Positions 8,621 through 17,940 of a DNA stretch of 64,000 nucleotides are shown here, piece after piece. Source of the DNA: Candidatus Hydrogenedens sp. GTDB lineage: Bacteria > Hydrogenedentota > Hydrogenedentia > Hydrogenedentales > Hydrogenedentaceae. The stretch lies in the NCBI GenBank assembly GCA_049968235.1, contig JBMFRC010000003.1, positions 64,001 to 128,000 on the forward strand, in the 5' to 3' direction. The notes beneath the pieces are model-generated. The model saw nothing but the letters and a program-made list of their open reading frames with translations, was not told where the DNA came from and ran no database searches. Positions within the stretch are counted from its first letter, which is position 1; the number at the start of each line of letters is the position of its first letter. The position numbers were made by a program, and so were the translations under genes.

Positions 8621-10987
8621 ATGTTTTTCCACCGTCATTGGGTAATTATCTGTGTAGGGTTTGTATGTGGTGCTTTCTTTGCCAAAATACAATGGATAAC
8701 ATGGGCGTTATTACCTGTTATTATCAGTATCATTGTCATTTTTCTTTTAATAAATTATCAGAAGAGAATACGATATGCAGAAAATATCGGGATTTTTCTG
8801 TTTTCCTTCATTATTGGTTCGTTATCTTATTTATTACACCCCTATCCTCAGGAAGGGGATGATTTTTTCGTATGGTTGAGACAGCAACAACCTAATATAT
8901 ATGTTGAAGTTGAAGGATATGTAACAGAAAATACGCTTTTTGACCCTATCAATAAACAAATTCGCTTTGTGATTAATATCTCAAAGGTAAAAGAAAAAAA
9001 TACATGGAAAAATATAAAGGGGAAAGCCCTTGTTTTATACAAAGATGCTCAATCTCCCATCTATACACATACCCGGCTTCGGTTATCCGGGAAAACTTCT
9101 CTATATTTAAGTCCAGTAAATGAAATATTAAGTGATTATGAAACCTATCTTCGTTCCCATAGAATTTATTCATTAATTTTTGTATATGCACCGCAAATAC
9201 AAACAATACATACTTACACATTTTCTCCATTTTATCACATATCCCGATTGCAACAATATTTTTATGAACGAATAATTCAATATACACCTACTTCCATCAG
9301 GGATATGACAAGAGCTATTTGGTTGGGAGACCGAAGTGGTCTGGATTATAAGGAAGAACAGAACTTTATGCTCACAGGAACCATACATATCATTGCTATT
9401 TCAGGACTGCATATCGGTCTGGTATTCTGGTTTACTCAGGTTGCGATACGGGCAATTTTCAAAACAAGGAGGCGATTGGCAGATATACCTGCCCTATTGT
9501 TATGTGTTTTTTATGCACTGATAAGTGGTGCTCATGGCTCTTCTTTGAGAGCAATCCTTATGCTGTTAATTTATGAGTTGTATGTGTTTAGTAGAAGAAA
9601 TGCGGATATTCTAACAACTCTTTCTATAACAGCAACACTACTTTTTCTCTGGAGCACAGATCTCATCTGGGATATAGGGACAGAAATGTCCATATTAGCA
9701 GTTGTTTCCATCATATTATTCAACGAACCCATCTCAAAACTATTACGCATCTTCCCATGGACAATCCGTTCCTATTTTTCGGCGATTATATCTGCACAGA
9801 TACTTTTACTGCCTTTACTTATTACAATAAACTCACAAATAAATGCTTTAAACCCTGTATATAATCTTTTTGTTGTTCCGTCAATTACACTTTATTTAAT
9901 GACCAGCATTTGTGGATTGGCTTTTATTTTTATTCCATTTTTACCGACTTTATTTTTCTACGCAAGTGGAGTATTTTTAATCTTCATTCAATCGTTATGT
10001 AAATGGGGTAGTTCTTTTTCCTATACTTTGTTTGCCATTCCCCATCTATCCTATTTCGGAATCTTCCTTTACTTTATCCTTTGCATGTTCCTTTATCGCT
10101 GGCTTATTAAACAAAAACGAAAAGAGTTTTTGATATTCATTGCAGGATGTGTCGTGTTATTCTTTTTCTGGAGGGGTATCCCGTTTTATAGAGAAACGAC
10201 TGTGCATATACTCGATGTAGGACATGGTGATGCTATACTTATCTCAACCGCAGAGAAAGAGAATATCCTTGTGGACGGGGGAACCCCATTTATGGGAGAA
10301 CGAGTTGTGCTTCCTTTTCTGTTTGCAAAAGGAATACGGACATTGGATTATGTCATCGCAACACATGCAGACGAAGACCATATAGGGGGGCTATTTAACG
10401 TTATAGACAAACTGCGTGTTCGACATTTTATTTATGGTGAAGGGTTTTTAAACACCGAACCCGGTAGTAAGATTATAAAAAAAGCCATGTCCCGCGGTAT
10501 TAACCTTATAAAAACTGAAAAAGGACAACAAATAAAATTGAGAAAGAGTTTTTTAAATGTTCTTTATGCGGGTAGAACTTACTACAATGAGACCAACGAA
10601 AATTCACTTGTCTTGAAATTTGTAAATTATCGTTTTTCCATATTGCTAACAGGGGATTTTCCTGCCCACTTGACAAATAAGGAACTTGCCTCTGCCGATT
10701 GTTCTACAACAATCATAAAAATAGCCCATCATGGTTTGAAGAATTCACTAAATCAGGATTTATTGGAGAAATCACACCCCGAGATTGCCGTTGTCTCTGT
10801 TAATGAATTCCAACGCAATTGGGGTGTGCGGAAGGAAATTAAAGACCTGCTACAACAATACCAAATTCCACTCTGGCGAACAGATTACTATGGAGGAATT
10901 ATTATACGAACGGATGGGAACAAAATAAATCTCTATGGGGCAAGACAGAAAAAAGGATACCTTCTCAGAAAAGAAACTTGTTTTTAA
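8621..10987 (+). CDS. comEC: DNA internalization competence protein ComEC/Rec2
   Basis: Multi-TM N-terminus; competence domain LTGTIHIIAISGLHIGLV; C-terminal metallo-beta-lactamase HILDVGHGDAILI...THADEDHIGG. Confidence 0.85.
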   Translation: MFFHRHWVIICVGFVCGAFFAKIQWITWALLPVIISIIVIFLLINYQKRIRYAENIGIFLFSFIIGSLSYLLHPYPQEGDDFFVWLRQQQPNIYVEVEGYVTENTLFDPINKQIRFVINISKVKEKNTWKNIKGKALVLYKDAQSPIYTHTRLRLSGKTSLYLSPVNEILSDYETYLRSHRIYSLIFVYAPQIQTIHTYTFSPFYHISRLQQYFYERIIQYTPTSIRDMTRAIWLGDRSGLDYKEEQNFMLTGTIHIIAISGLHIGLVFWFTQVAIRAIFKTRRRLADIPALLLCVFYALISGAHGSSLRAILMLLIYELYVFSRRNADILTTLSITATLLFLWSTDLIWDIGTEMSILAVVSIILFNEPISKLLRIFPWTIRSYFSAIISAQILLLPLLITINSQINALNPVYNLFVVPSITLYLMTSICGLAFIFIPFLPTLFFYASGVFLIFIQSLCKWGSSFSYTLFAIPHLSYFGIFLYFILCMFLYRWLIKQKRKEFLIFIAGCVVLFFFWRGIPFYRETTVHILDVGHGDAILISTAEKENILVDGGTPFMGERVVLPFLFAKGIRTLDYVIATHADEDHIGGLFNVIDKLRVRHFIYGEGFLNTEPGSKIIKKAMSRGINLIKTEKGQQIKLRKSFLNVLYAGRTYYNETNENSLVLKFVNYRFSILLTGDFPAHLTNKELASADCSTTIIKIAHHGLKNSLNQDLLEKSHPEIAVVSVNEFQRNWGVRKEIKDLLQQYQIPLWRTDYYGGIIIRTDGNKINLYGARQKKGYLLRKETCF

Positions 10988-11072
10988 TACACTTCGTATT
11001 CAAAAACTTATTATTCAAACATAACTCTTCTTTTTTCCCTACCTATTTCTTTATTACAAACTGTCCCATAGT

Positions 11073-11423
11073 CTAATCATTCTTTGCATCATATTTCTTT
11101 TCCAAAAATTTGTTTTTAAAATAAATCAAAGACAAAATGGGATGATACAAGAACATTCTGGGTCCGGAAAACCGCATTACTGTTTTAATACGCTCTTTAT
11201 GTTTCTTATCATAACAGTGGATATGGCAATTCTTGCAGGTAGGTTTATCTGGCATGAGAGGACATTTCTCAATACGTTTATAAGCATACTCTAAAAGTTC
11301 ATGGCACTCTCCACACACAGGATTTATATGATGAAACTTGCAATAAATTTCTATCATGCTTTTGATAGTTTTTTTCTCAAACTTTTCTCTACGAAGGTTC
11401 TTTCTATTTTCTTTTTTTCTCAT
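11073..11423 (-). CDS. nitrous oxide-stimulated promoter family protein (YgbA-like Cys-rich protein)
   Basis: Cys-rich pattern IEIYCKFHH..CGECHELLEYAYKRIEKCPLMPDKPTCKNCHIHCYDKKHKERIKTVMRFSGPRM matches this family's consensus as recalled. Confidence 0.55.
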   Translation of the reverse strand: MRKKENRKNLRREKFEKKTIKSMIEIYCKFHHINPVCGECHELLEYAYKRIEKCPLMPDKPTCKNCHIHCYDKKHKERIKTVMRFSGPRMFLYHPILSLIYFKNKFLEKKYDAKND

Positions 11424-11471
11424 TAGGGGTTAGTCCTTCCTTTTTATCGAGCCTGTCAGACCTGTCGGAGG

Positions 11472-12848
11472 CTACACCGTATAAACTGCTTTACAACGGG
11501 GACATATTACCTTCCTATTGTAACCCGGTGGGACTTTCAACGTTACTCCGCATTTACAGTTAAGGAAGGTATATTTCTGTGCCTTCATTATAGCATCACC
11601 ACTTAGACGTGCATTTTGAAGAGGTGTGGTAGAAACCTGCGACATGGTTGTCGTTGCGCTAGAAAGCGGATTTGCAGGAGGAGTAATAGCCCCTTTTGTC
11701 CATTTCTTCCCTTCGACTTCCTGCCATGCTTGTTCATAAGTAAGAAAAGGGCTTCTGGCAATATTTCGTAATATTTGTATCCGTCTTTGTAATGGTGGAT
11801 GTGTGCTAAAAATAGATGATGCATCGAGGTTCCGCGTCTCTAATGGATTTACGATATAAAGAGGGGCAATTATCTGGTTTACATCTGTAGCAGGTTGTTT
11901 TTGATAACGTTTTGCAATTGTTTCGAGAGCCGAAGCCAGTCCTTCCGGATTGCGTGTAAATACAACCGCTCCTGCATCGGCTAAGTATTCCCGCTGACGA
12001 GAACAGGCAAAATAAATAATTTGAGCAAGGAATGGTGCTATTAGTGATAGTAGTAGAGCAAAGATATAGACCAATATCAAAAATAGGATAATCCCACTTG
12101 TCTCCTTTCGATTGCGTCCACTATACCGTGCGGAACCATGAATCCCTGCTCCAACAATTTCACGCAGTCCCACAACCAGCAAAATAATAGTGCCGAGTGA
12201 TACCGCAAGCATGGTCATGTACAATGTGTCGCGGTGTGTAATATGACTAATTTCATGAGCAATAACACCCTGTATCTGGTCCCGGTTCATCGTGTTTAGC
12301 AATCCGCGGGTTACCGCAACAGCAGAATGTTCCGGCGACCGACCTGTTGCAAAGGCATTTATAGATGGGTCATCAATTACATATATCTCCGGCATCGCAG
12401 GAAGTCGCGAAGCAATTTTCATCTCCTCAACGATATTATATAACTGAGGATGGTCTACCTTTTCAATTTTAACAGCATTGCTGATGGATAAAAGCATATT
12501 TCCGCCGGAGTAGTAAGCAAACAACATTTGTATAAACCAGATTACAAATGCAACCAGAGCCCCGAGAGGTCCCCAATACAACCAGATAAAATACTGGACC
12601 TGCTCGTAAGTCAAATGATTTTCTTCAGACAGACGAGGAGAGTAATGATTGGGTGAGGAGTAAGGAGCGTATTGTTGGGTAGGATTATTTATTATCCTGT
12701 CATTGGCAAAGGCATAGGGTTCCGAGAAGTAATAGAAAACAAAAGCGAGAAACGAGCCAATAACATAGCCTATTAACAGCATGAAAATAAGCATAAGAAT
12801 GGCAAGTAAAATAGAACGGCGTTTGTTTTGACGGATAAGTTCAAACAT
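11472..12848 (-). CDS. M48 family metallopeptidase (HtpX-like) with C-terminal zinc-ribbon
   Basis: HExxH = AHEISHITHRD; third-ligand region SRQREYLADAGA; TM segments; C-terminal CKCGVTLKVPPGYNRKVICPRCKAVYTV. Confidence 0.8.
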   Translation of the reverse strand: MFELIRQNKRRSILLAILMLIFMLLIGYVIGSFLAFVFYYFSEPYAFANDRIINNPTQQYAPYSSPNHYSPRLSEENHLTYEQVQYFIWLYWGPLGALVAFVIWFIQMLFAYYSGGNMLLSISNAVKIEKVDHPQLYNIVEEMKIASRLPAMPEIYVIDDPSINAFATGRSPEHSAVAVTRGLLNTMNRDQIQGVIAHEISHITHRDTLYMTMLAVSLGTIILLVVGLREIVGAGIHGSARYSGRNRKETSGIILFLILVYIFALLLSLIAPFLAQIIYFACSRQREYLADAGAVVFTRNPEGLASALETIAKRYQKQPATDVNQIIAPLYIVNPLETRNLDASSIFSTHPPLQRRIQILRNIARSPFLTYEQAWQEVEGKKWTKGAITPPANPLSSATTTMSQVSTTPLQNARLSGDAIMKAQKYTFLNCKCGVTLKVPPGYNRKVICPRCKAVYTV

Positions 12849-12878
12849 CGTTGAATTTTATATCCTTGAGTGGTGTTA

Positions 12879-13439
12879 TTAAAACGATACTTTTGGCACA
12901 GCCCGTTCTGCAATATTCTCCAGTTCAAAGAAACTTTGTTCTTTAAATCCGAACATAGTACCCACAATATTTGTCGGGAACATCTGCATCACATTATTAA
13001 AATTCATTACCGTATCATTATATGCCTGACGGGCAAAAGAGATTCGGTTCTCTGTAGAAGTAAGTTCTTCCTGCAAGGCAAGGAAATTCTGGTTCGCTTT
13101 CAGGTCAGGATAATTTTCTACTACAACAAAGAAATTATGTAACGCCTGTGTTAGTTGTTGTTCCGCTTGAGCCCGCTCATTAACAGAACCCGGCTTCATT
13201 GCAAGATTGCGTGCCTGAGTTATGTTTTCCAGTGTTGCCCGTTCATGTTGCATATAACCTTTAACCGTTTCTACCAGATTGGGAATAAGGTCATGTCTGC
13301 GTTTTAACTGCACATCAATTTGTGACCATGCATTTTTCACCTCATTTAGCAATCGAACCAGTCGATTATATGTGCTGATGAAAAATAACACTAACAGTAC
13401 GATAAATACCAGAACAGCGATTAGTATTCCTATTGTCAT
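12879..13439 (-). CDS. lemA: LemA family protein
   Basis: N-terminal TM then LemA pattern STYNRLVRLLNEVKNAWSQIDVQLKRRHDLIPNLVETVKGY; typical pairing with HtpX-like peptidase. Confidence 0.85.
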   Translation of the reverse strand: MTIGILIAVLVFIVLLVLFFISTYNRLVRLLNEVKNAWSQIDVQLKRRHDLIPNLVETVKGYMQHERATLENITQARNLAMKPGSVNERAQAEQQLTQALHNFFVVVENYPDLKANQNFLALQEELTSTENRISFARQAYNDTVMNFNNVMQMFPTNIVGTMFGFKEQSFFELENIAERAVPKVSF

Positions 13440-13729
13440 AGTTCGTTTCTCCTATTTATGGTCTAAAATCTATAACAGACCGTTTTGTTAATAGTAACAT
13501 AGTTAACAACATAAGCAAAAAAATAGAGGTGTTCTGTCGGATTTGTCGGATTCGTCTGAGTTATTTAAATTTAAAAGAATAAAATAACTCTTACTCTTGT
13601 TCCTCTTTATGTATAAAAGAAATTTTCACCAATTCCTTCCGTGAGGGTTGGATAATTGATAGAAACGAAACAATATAAATATTATAATGGTAAAATAAGT
13701 AATGCAATAATATACAGGAGTATTTATCT

Positions 13730-15067
13730 ATGTTTAGTGATGCACTCATGTTAGCACGAATTCAATTTGCTTTAACCGCCATGTTTCATTACCTTTATCC
13801 GCCTTTAACAATAGGATTGGGCTGGATTATGGTTTATATGTCCTATCAACGTTTCAAAACCGAGGAAAAGATTTATGATAAAATGGCACGCTTTTGGACC
13901 AATATCTTCGCTATAACCTTTGCTATGGGTGTTACTACGGGCATAGTTATGGAATTTGAATTTGGGACAAACTGGTCCGAATATTCTCGATTTGTAGGTG
14001 ATGTTTTTGGTTCCCCATTAGCTGCAGAAGCATTAATCTCTTTCTTCCTTGAATCTACATTTTTAGGTATCCTCGTTTTTGGATGGAATCGCGTATCCAA
14101 AAAGGCTCACTTTTTTGCTACATTTTTGGTAGCTTTAGGAGCGACTCTATCCGCGTTGTGGATTATAGTAGCAAATTCATGGCAACATACCCCCGCAGGT
14201 TTTCATATTGTAGAAACGCATCTGGGACCGCGAGCAGAAATCATTAGTTTCTGGCAGATGTTTTTTAATCCTTCCACAGTGGGCAGATATTTCCATGTCA
14301 TTTTCAGTGCCATGTTAAATGCTTCCTTTTTTGTCATGAGCATTTCTGCACTTTATATCTTAAAGGGCAGGTATGAAGAATTTGCTCGTCGTTCCTTAAA
14401 AATTGCTCTGATATTTGGTGTTATCGGAGCTTATTTCACATTGCTTTTTGGACATCATCAGGCAATAGTGGTTGCACGACATCAACCTGCAAAATTAGCC
14501 GCCTTTGAAGGACATTTCAAGACAACAGAAGGGGGCACTCCTTACTATCTTTTCGGAATACCAAACGAGGAGAAGAAAAAAGTTGATTATGGTATTACTG
14601 TCCCCGGCTTTTTGAGTTTCCTGGTCTATTTTGACTTTAATAAGCCCGTAAAAGCCTTAGACCAGTTCCCACCTGAAGACCCGCCACCCGTAAAATTACC
14701 CTTTTTCACCTTCCATTTGATGGTAAGTTTAGGAATGTTCTTCATCGCTTTAACCACACTATCTTTATTTCTCTGGTGGAAAAATAAGTTGTTTGACTAT
14801 CGCTGGCTTTTATGGATATTTGTTTTTTCACTTCCGTTACCTTATATCGCCAACATGGCAGGCTGGATTGCTGCGGAAGTGGGTAGACAACCCTGGATTG
14901 TTCAAGATTTATTGCGAACCAAAGATGGTGTTTCTCCGGGTGTCTCAGCCAGTCAGGTTTTCTCTTCTACTGTAATGTTCACCATGATTTACTCCCTTTT
15001 ATTCATTCTATATGTGTTTATTCTTGTTAAGAAAGTAAAAAAAGGTCCTGAACTCATAAACCATTAA
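13730..15067 (+). CDS. cydA: cytochrome bd ubiquinol oxidase subunit I (short Q-loop type)
   Basis: N-terminus MFSDALMLARIQFALTAMFHYLYPPLTIGLG characteristic of CydA; 445 aa. Confidence 0.9.
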   Translation: MFSDALMLARIQFALTAMFHYLYPPLTIGLGWIMVYMSYQRFKTEEKIYDKMARFWTNIFAITFAMGVTTGIVMEFEFGTNWSEYSRFVGDVFGSPLAAEALISFFLESTFLGILVFGWNRVSKKAHFFATFLVALGATLSALWIIVANSWQHTPAGFHIVETHLGPRAEIISFWQMFFNPSTVGRYFHVIFSAMLNASFFVMSISALYILKGRYEEFARRSLKIALIFGVIGAYFTLLFGHHQAIVVARHQPAKLAAFEGHFKTTEGGTPYYLFGIPNEEKKKVDYGITVPGFLSFLVYFDFNKPVKALDQFPPEDPPPVKLPFFTFHLMVSLGMFFIALTTLSLFLWWKNKLFDYRWLLWIFVFSLPLPYIANMAGWIAAEVGRQPWIVQDLLRTKDGVSPGVSASQVFSSTVMFTMIYSLLFILYVFILVKKVKKGPELINH

Positions 15068-15092
15068 ACTTCAATAAGCAGAGGAGTTTTTT

Positions 15093-16097
15093 ATGTTACT
15101 TAATGTAATCTGGTTTGTTTTAATGACAGTCTTGCTCATGGTTTATGCCATTCTGGAAGGTTTTGATTTAGGTGTCGGAATTTTACATCTATTCACACGA
15201 AAAAATGAGCATCGGCGTATCTTGATGAATTCCATCGGTCCTGTTTGGGATGGAAATGAGGTCTGGTTGATTACCTTCGGAGGTGCCTTATTTGCCGCAT
15301 TCCCAACAGCATACGCTACCGTTTTTTCTGCTTTTTATACACCCTTTATGATATTGCTTACTACTTTAATATTCCGTGCCGCATCAATGGAATTTCGGAA
15401 CAAAGTGGAGTCGCCCGTGTGGCAGGATATCTGGGATGTCCTATTTTCTATCTCCAGTCTTATAGCAACACTTTTATTAGGTGTGGCAGGAGGAAACGCC
15501 CTACAAGGGATAACTATCAATGAAAAAGGAATTTTCCAGGGCAATTTCTTCTCTTTCCTCAATCCTTTGGGAGTAATCGCAGGTTTATTTGTTATATTCC
15601 TTTTCGCTTTACACGGTTCCTTATACCTTCAAATGAAAACAGAGGAAGAACTAAACTACCAGATAAAACAAACATCAAAGGTATTAAGTTTTTTTGTCCT
15701 CATCCTTTTTGCAGTGTTAACCTCTGTTAGTTTTTCCTCTGTCGCATGGGCAAAGCCTCGGCTTATCACATCTATTTTAGGCTTGATTGCGGTTGCTATG
15801 TTAGGACTAACTCTCTGGTTATCCTGGAAAGAGAAGGGTGGTATTGCCTTTTTAAGCAATACAGGCTTTATTGCTTCCATCATCCTGCTATTTTCATCTA
15901 ATATGTTTCCCTATCTTGTCCGCTCTTCCCTAAATCCTTCTTTCAGTCTTGATATATACAATTCCGCTTCCAGTCCTAAAACGCTGGCTATTATGTTAGG
16001 CATTGTTCTAGCCGTGTTACCCATAGTCCTTGTCTATACAGGGTATGTCTATTGGGTATTTCGCGGTCCTGTCAAATTAGATGAAAATTCCTACTGA
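15093..16097 (+). CDS. cydB: cytochrome bd ubiquinol oxidase subunit II
   Basis: Adjacent to cydA; polytopic membrane protein with a CydB-like N-terminus. Confidence 0.85.
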   Translation: MLLNVIWFVLMTVLLMVYAILEGFDLGVGILHLFTRKNEHRRILMNSIGPVWDGNEVWLITFGGALFAAFPTAYATVFSAFYTPFMILLTTLIFRAASMEFRNKVESPVWQDIWDVLFSISSLIATLLLGVAGGNALQGITINEKGIFQGNFFSFLNPLGVIAGLFVIFLFALHGSLYLQMKTEEELNYQIKQTSKVLSFFVLILFAVLTSVSFSSVAWAKPRLITSILGLIAVAMLGLTLWLSWKEKGGIAFLSNTGFIASIILLFSSNMFPYLVRSSLNPSFSLDIYNSASSPKTLAIMLGIVLAVLPIVLVYTGYVYWVFRGPVKLDENSY

Positions 16098-16190
16098 TGG
16101 CAATATTTCAGGTTTAAATTCATGATTTGAAAGAGGTAAGATAAGTAGAAACAACGAATTAATGACCTGAATAATAGGAGCGACAGGATT

Positions 16191-17882
16191 ATGAAGGATA
16201 CCTATGCCCTTGGACTGGATTATGGAACCAATTCGGTTCGTGCGTTGATTGTCAATGTTCATACGGGTGAAGAAATTGGGACCGCAGTTGTAAATTATAC
16301 CCACGGTGAACAGGGAATTATTCTAGCCTCGAAAGACCCTCATCTTGCCCGCCAGCATCCCAAAGATTACATTCAAGGGCTGGAACAGGTGGTAAAAGAT
16401 GCAATAGAAGATGCTAAAGCCAACAATCCCTATTTCAATGCAGAAAGTATAATCGGTATTGGTGTTGATACTACGGGTAGCACACCTTTACCTGTGGACC
16501 GCGAAGGCACACCGCTTGCTTTCCATGAAGAATTTGCCAACGACCCCAATGCAATGGCATGGCTCTGGAAAGACCATACCTCATATGCAGAAGCGGATGA
16601 AATCACACAGCAGGCAAAACAACAGAGACCCCATTTCCTTGCCAAATGTGGTGGGACATATTCCTCCGAATGGTTCTGGTCAAAATTACTTCACTGTCGG
16701 CGTATTGCCCCCAAAGTGTTCACATCCGCTTATACCTGGGTCGAATGTGCTGATTGGATACCTGCAGTGCTCACAGGAACGACCCATCCGGATAAAATTA
16801 AGCGATGTATTTGTGCCGGTGGGCATAAAGCTATGGCAAATCCCTCCTGGCATGGCTATCCCGATGAAACTTTTTTGGGCTTTCTTGACCCCGAATTAGC
16901 ACGAATTCGTCAGACCTTACCGGATATTTTATTCTGTGTAAAAGATAAAGCGGGAGATTTAACGCAGGAATGGGCAGAAAAATTATCTTTGCGTGCAGGT
17001 ATTCCTGTGGCAGTAGGTGCCTTTGATGCTCACTTAGGGGCAGTCGGTTGTGGAATAGCTCCCGGGGTGCTTACGAAAATTGTAGGCACATCCACCTGCG
17101 ATATGATGGTGGCACCTATGGACCAACCCCTGCCTGACATTCCCGGACTTTGCGGAATTGTTCCTGAATCTATTTTACCCGGCATGTTCGGATTGGAAGC
17201 GGGACAATCTGCCTTTGGGGATATTTATAACTGGTTTGTACAGTATATTCAACCCGGTGGTCCTGTCGAAGGGTCCCATGAAAAACTTACCGAAGAAGCA
17301 GAAAAATTAAAGCCCGGTGAAAGCGGATTGTTGGCATTGGACTGGCATAATGGGAACCGAACTATTCTTGTGGACCCGCAATTAACAGGAGCGGTCATCG
17401 GTTTAACACTTCTTACCAAACCTGCAGAAATATATCGTGCATGGATTGAAGCCACAGCCTTCGGGGCTCGTGTTATTATGGAACGTTTTGAAGAGTATGG
17501 CGTTAAAGCGGAACGCGTTATCAATTGTGGTGGTATCGCTATGAAGAATCCATTGGTAATGCAAATCCTTGCAGATGTTATGGGTAAAACAATGGAACTT
17601 TCTCGAAGTCAACAGACCTGTGCACTTGGCTCTGCTATATGTGGGTCTGTTGTTGCAGGTTCCGCAAACGGGGGACATACCGATTTTGCCTCCGCTATTA
17701 AAGCAATGACAGGTGTTCAATCCACAAAATATATACCCAATCCGAAAAATCAACAAATATATAACCAACTATACAAACTATACCGTCAGTTACATGATGC
17801 TTTTGGGACTAAAGAATATCAGGGCAACCTTGCCAATGTCATGAAAGAACTTCTGACCATTCGACGCAATATCAGCCAGTAA
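16191..17882 (+). CDS. araB: L-ribulokinase (FGGY family)
   Basis: Near-collinear similarity to E. coli AraB as recalled: LGLDYGTNSVRAL, GIGVDTTGSTPLP, ANDPNAMAWLWKDHT, YSSEWFWSKLLH, GLEAGQSAFGDIYNWF. Confidence 0.85.
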   Translation: MKDTYALGLDYGTNSVRALIVNVHTGEEIGTAVVNYTHGEQGIILASKDPHLARQHPKDYIQGLEQVVKDAIEDAKANNPYFNAESIIGIGVDTTGSTPLPVDREGTPLAFHEEFANDPNAMAWLWKDHTSYAEADEITQQAKQQRPHFLAKCGGTYSSEWFWSKLLHCRRIAPKVFTSAYTWVECADWIPAVLTGTTHPDKIKRCICAGGHKAMANPSWHGYPDETFLGFLDPELARIRQTLPDILFCVKDKAGDLTQEWAEKLSLRAGIPVAVGAFDAHLGAVGCGIAPGVLTKIVGTSTCDMMVAPMDQPLPDIPGLCGIVPESILPGMFGLEAGQSAFGDIYNWFVQYIQPGGPVEGSHEKLTEEAEKLKPGESGLLALDWHNGNRTILVDPQLTGAVIGLTLLTKPAEIYRAWIEATAFGARVIMERFEEYGVKAERVINCGGIAMKNPLVMQILADVMGKTMELSRSQQTCALGSAICGSVVAGSANGGHTDFASAIKAMTGVQSTKYIPNPKNQQIYNQLYKLYRQLHDAFGTKEYQGNLANVMKELLTIRRNISQ

Positions 17883-17940
17883 GGTTATAAAAATATGATA
17901 ATATAATATATATAAGCAAGAATCTTTTTAAGGGTAGAGT

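Noticed and set aside
13538-13551. Exact 14-mer TCGGATTTGTCGGA shared between 13538-13551 and 20907-20920 as a possible mobile-element repeat or att site
   Set aside because: Several exact 14-mer matches are expected by chance in 64 kb. No flanking extended identity. Kept only as a low-interest motif observation.
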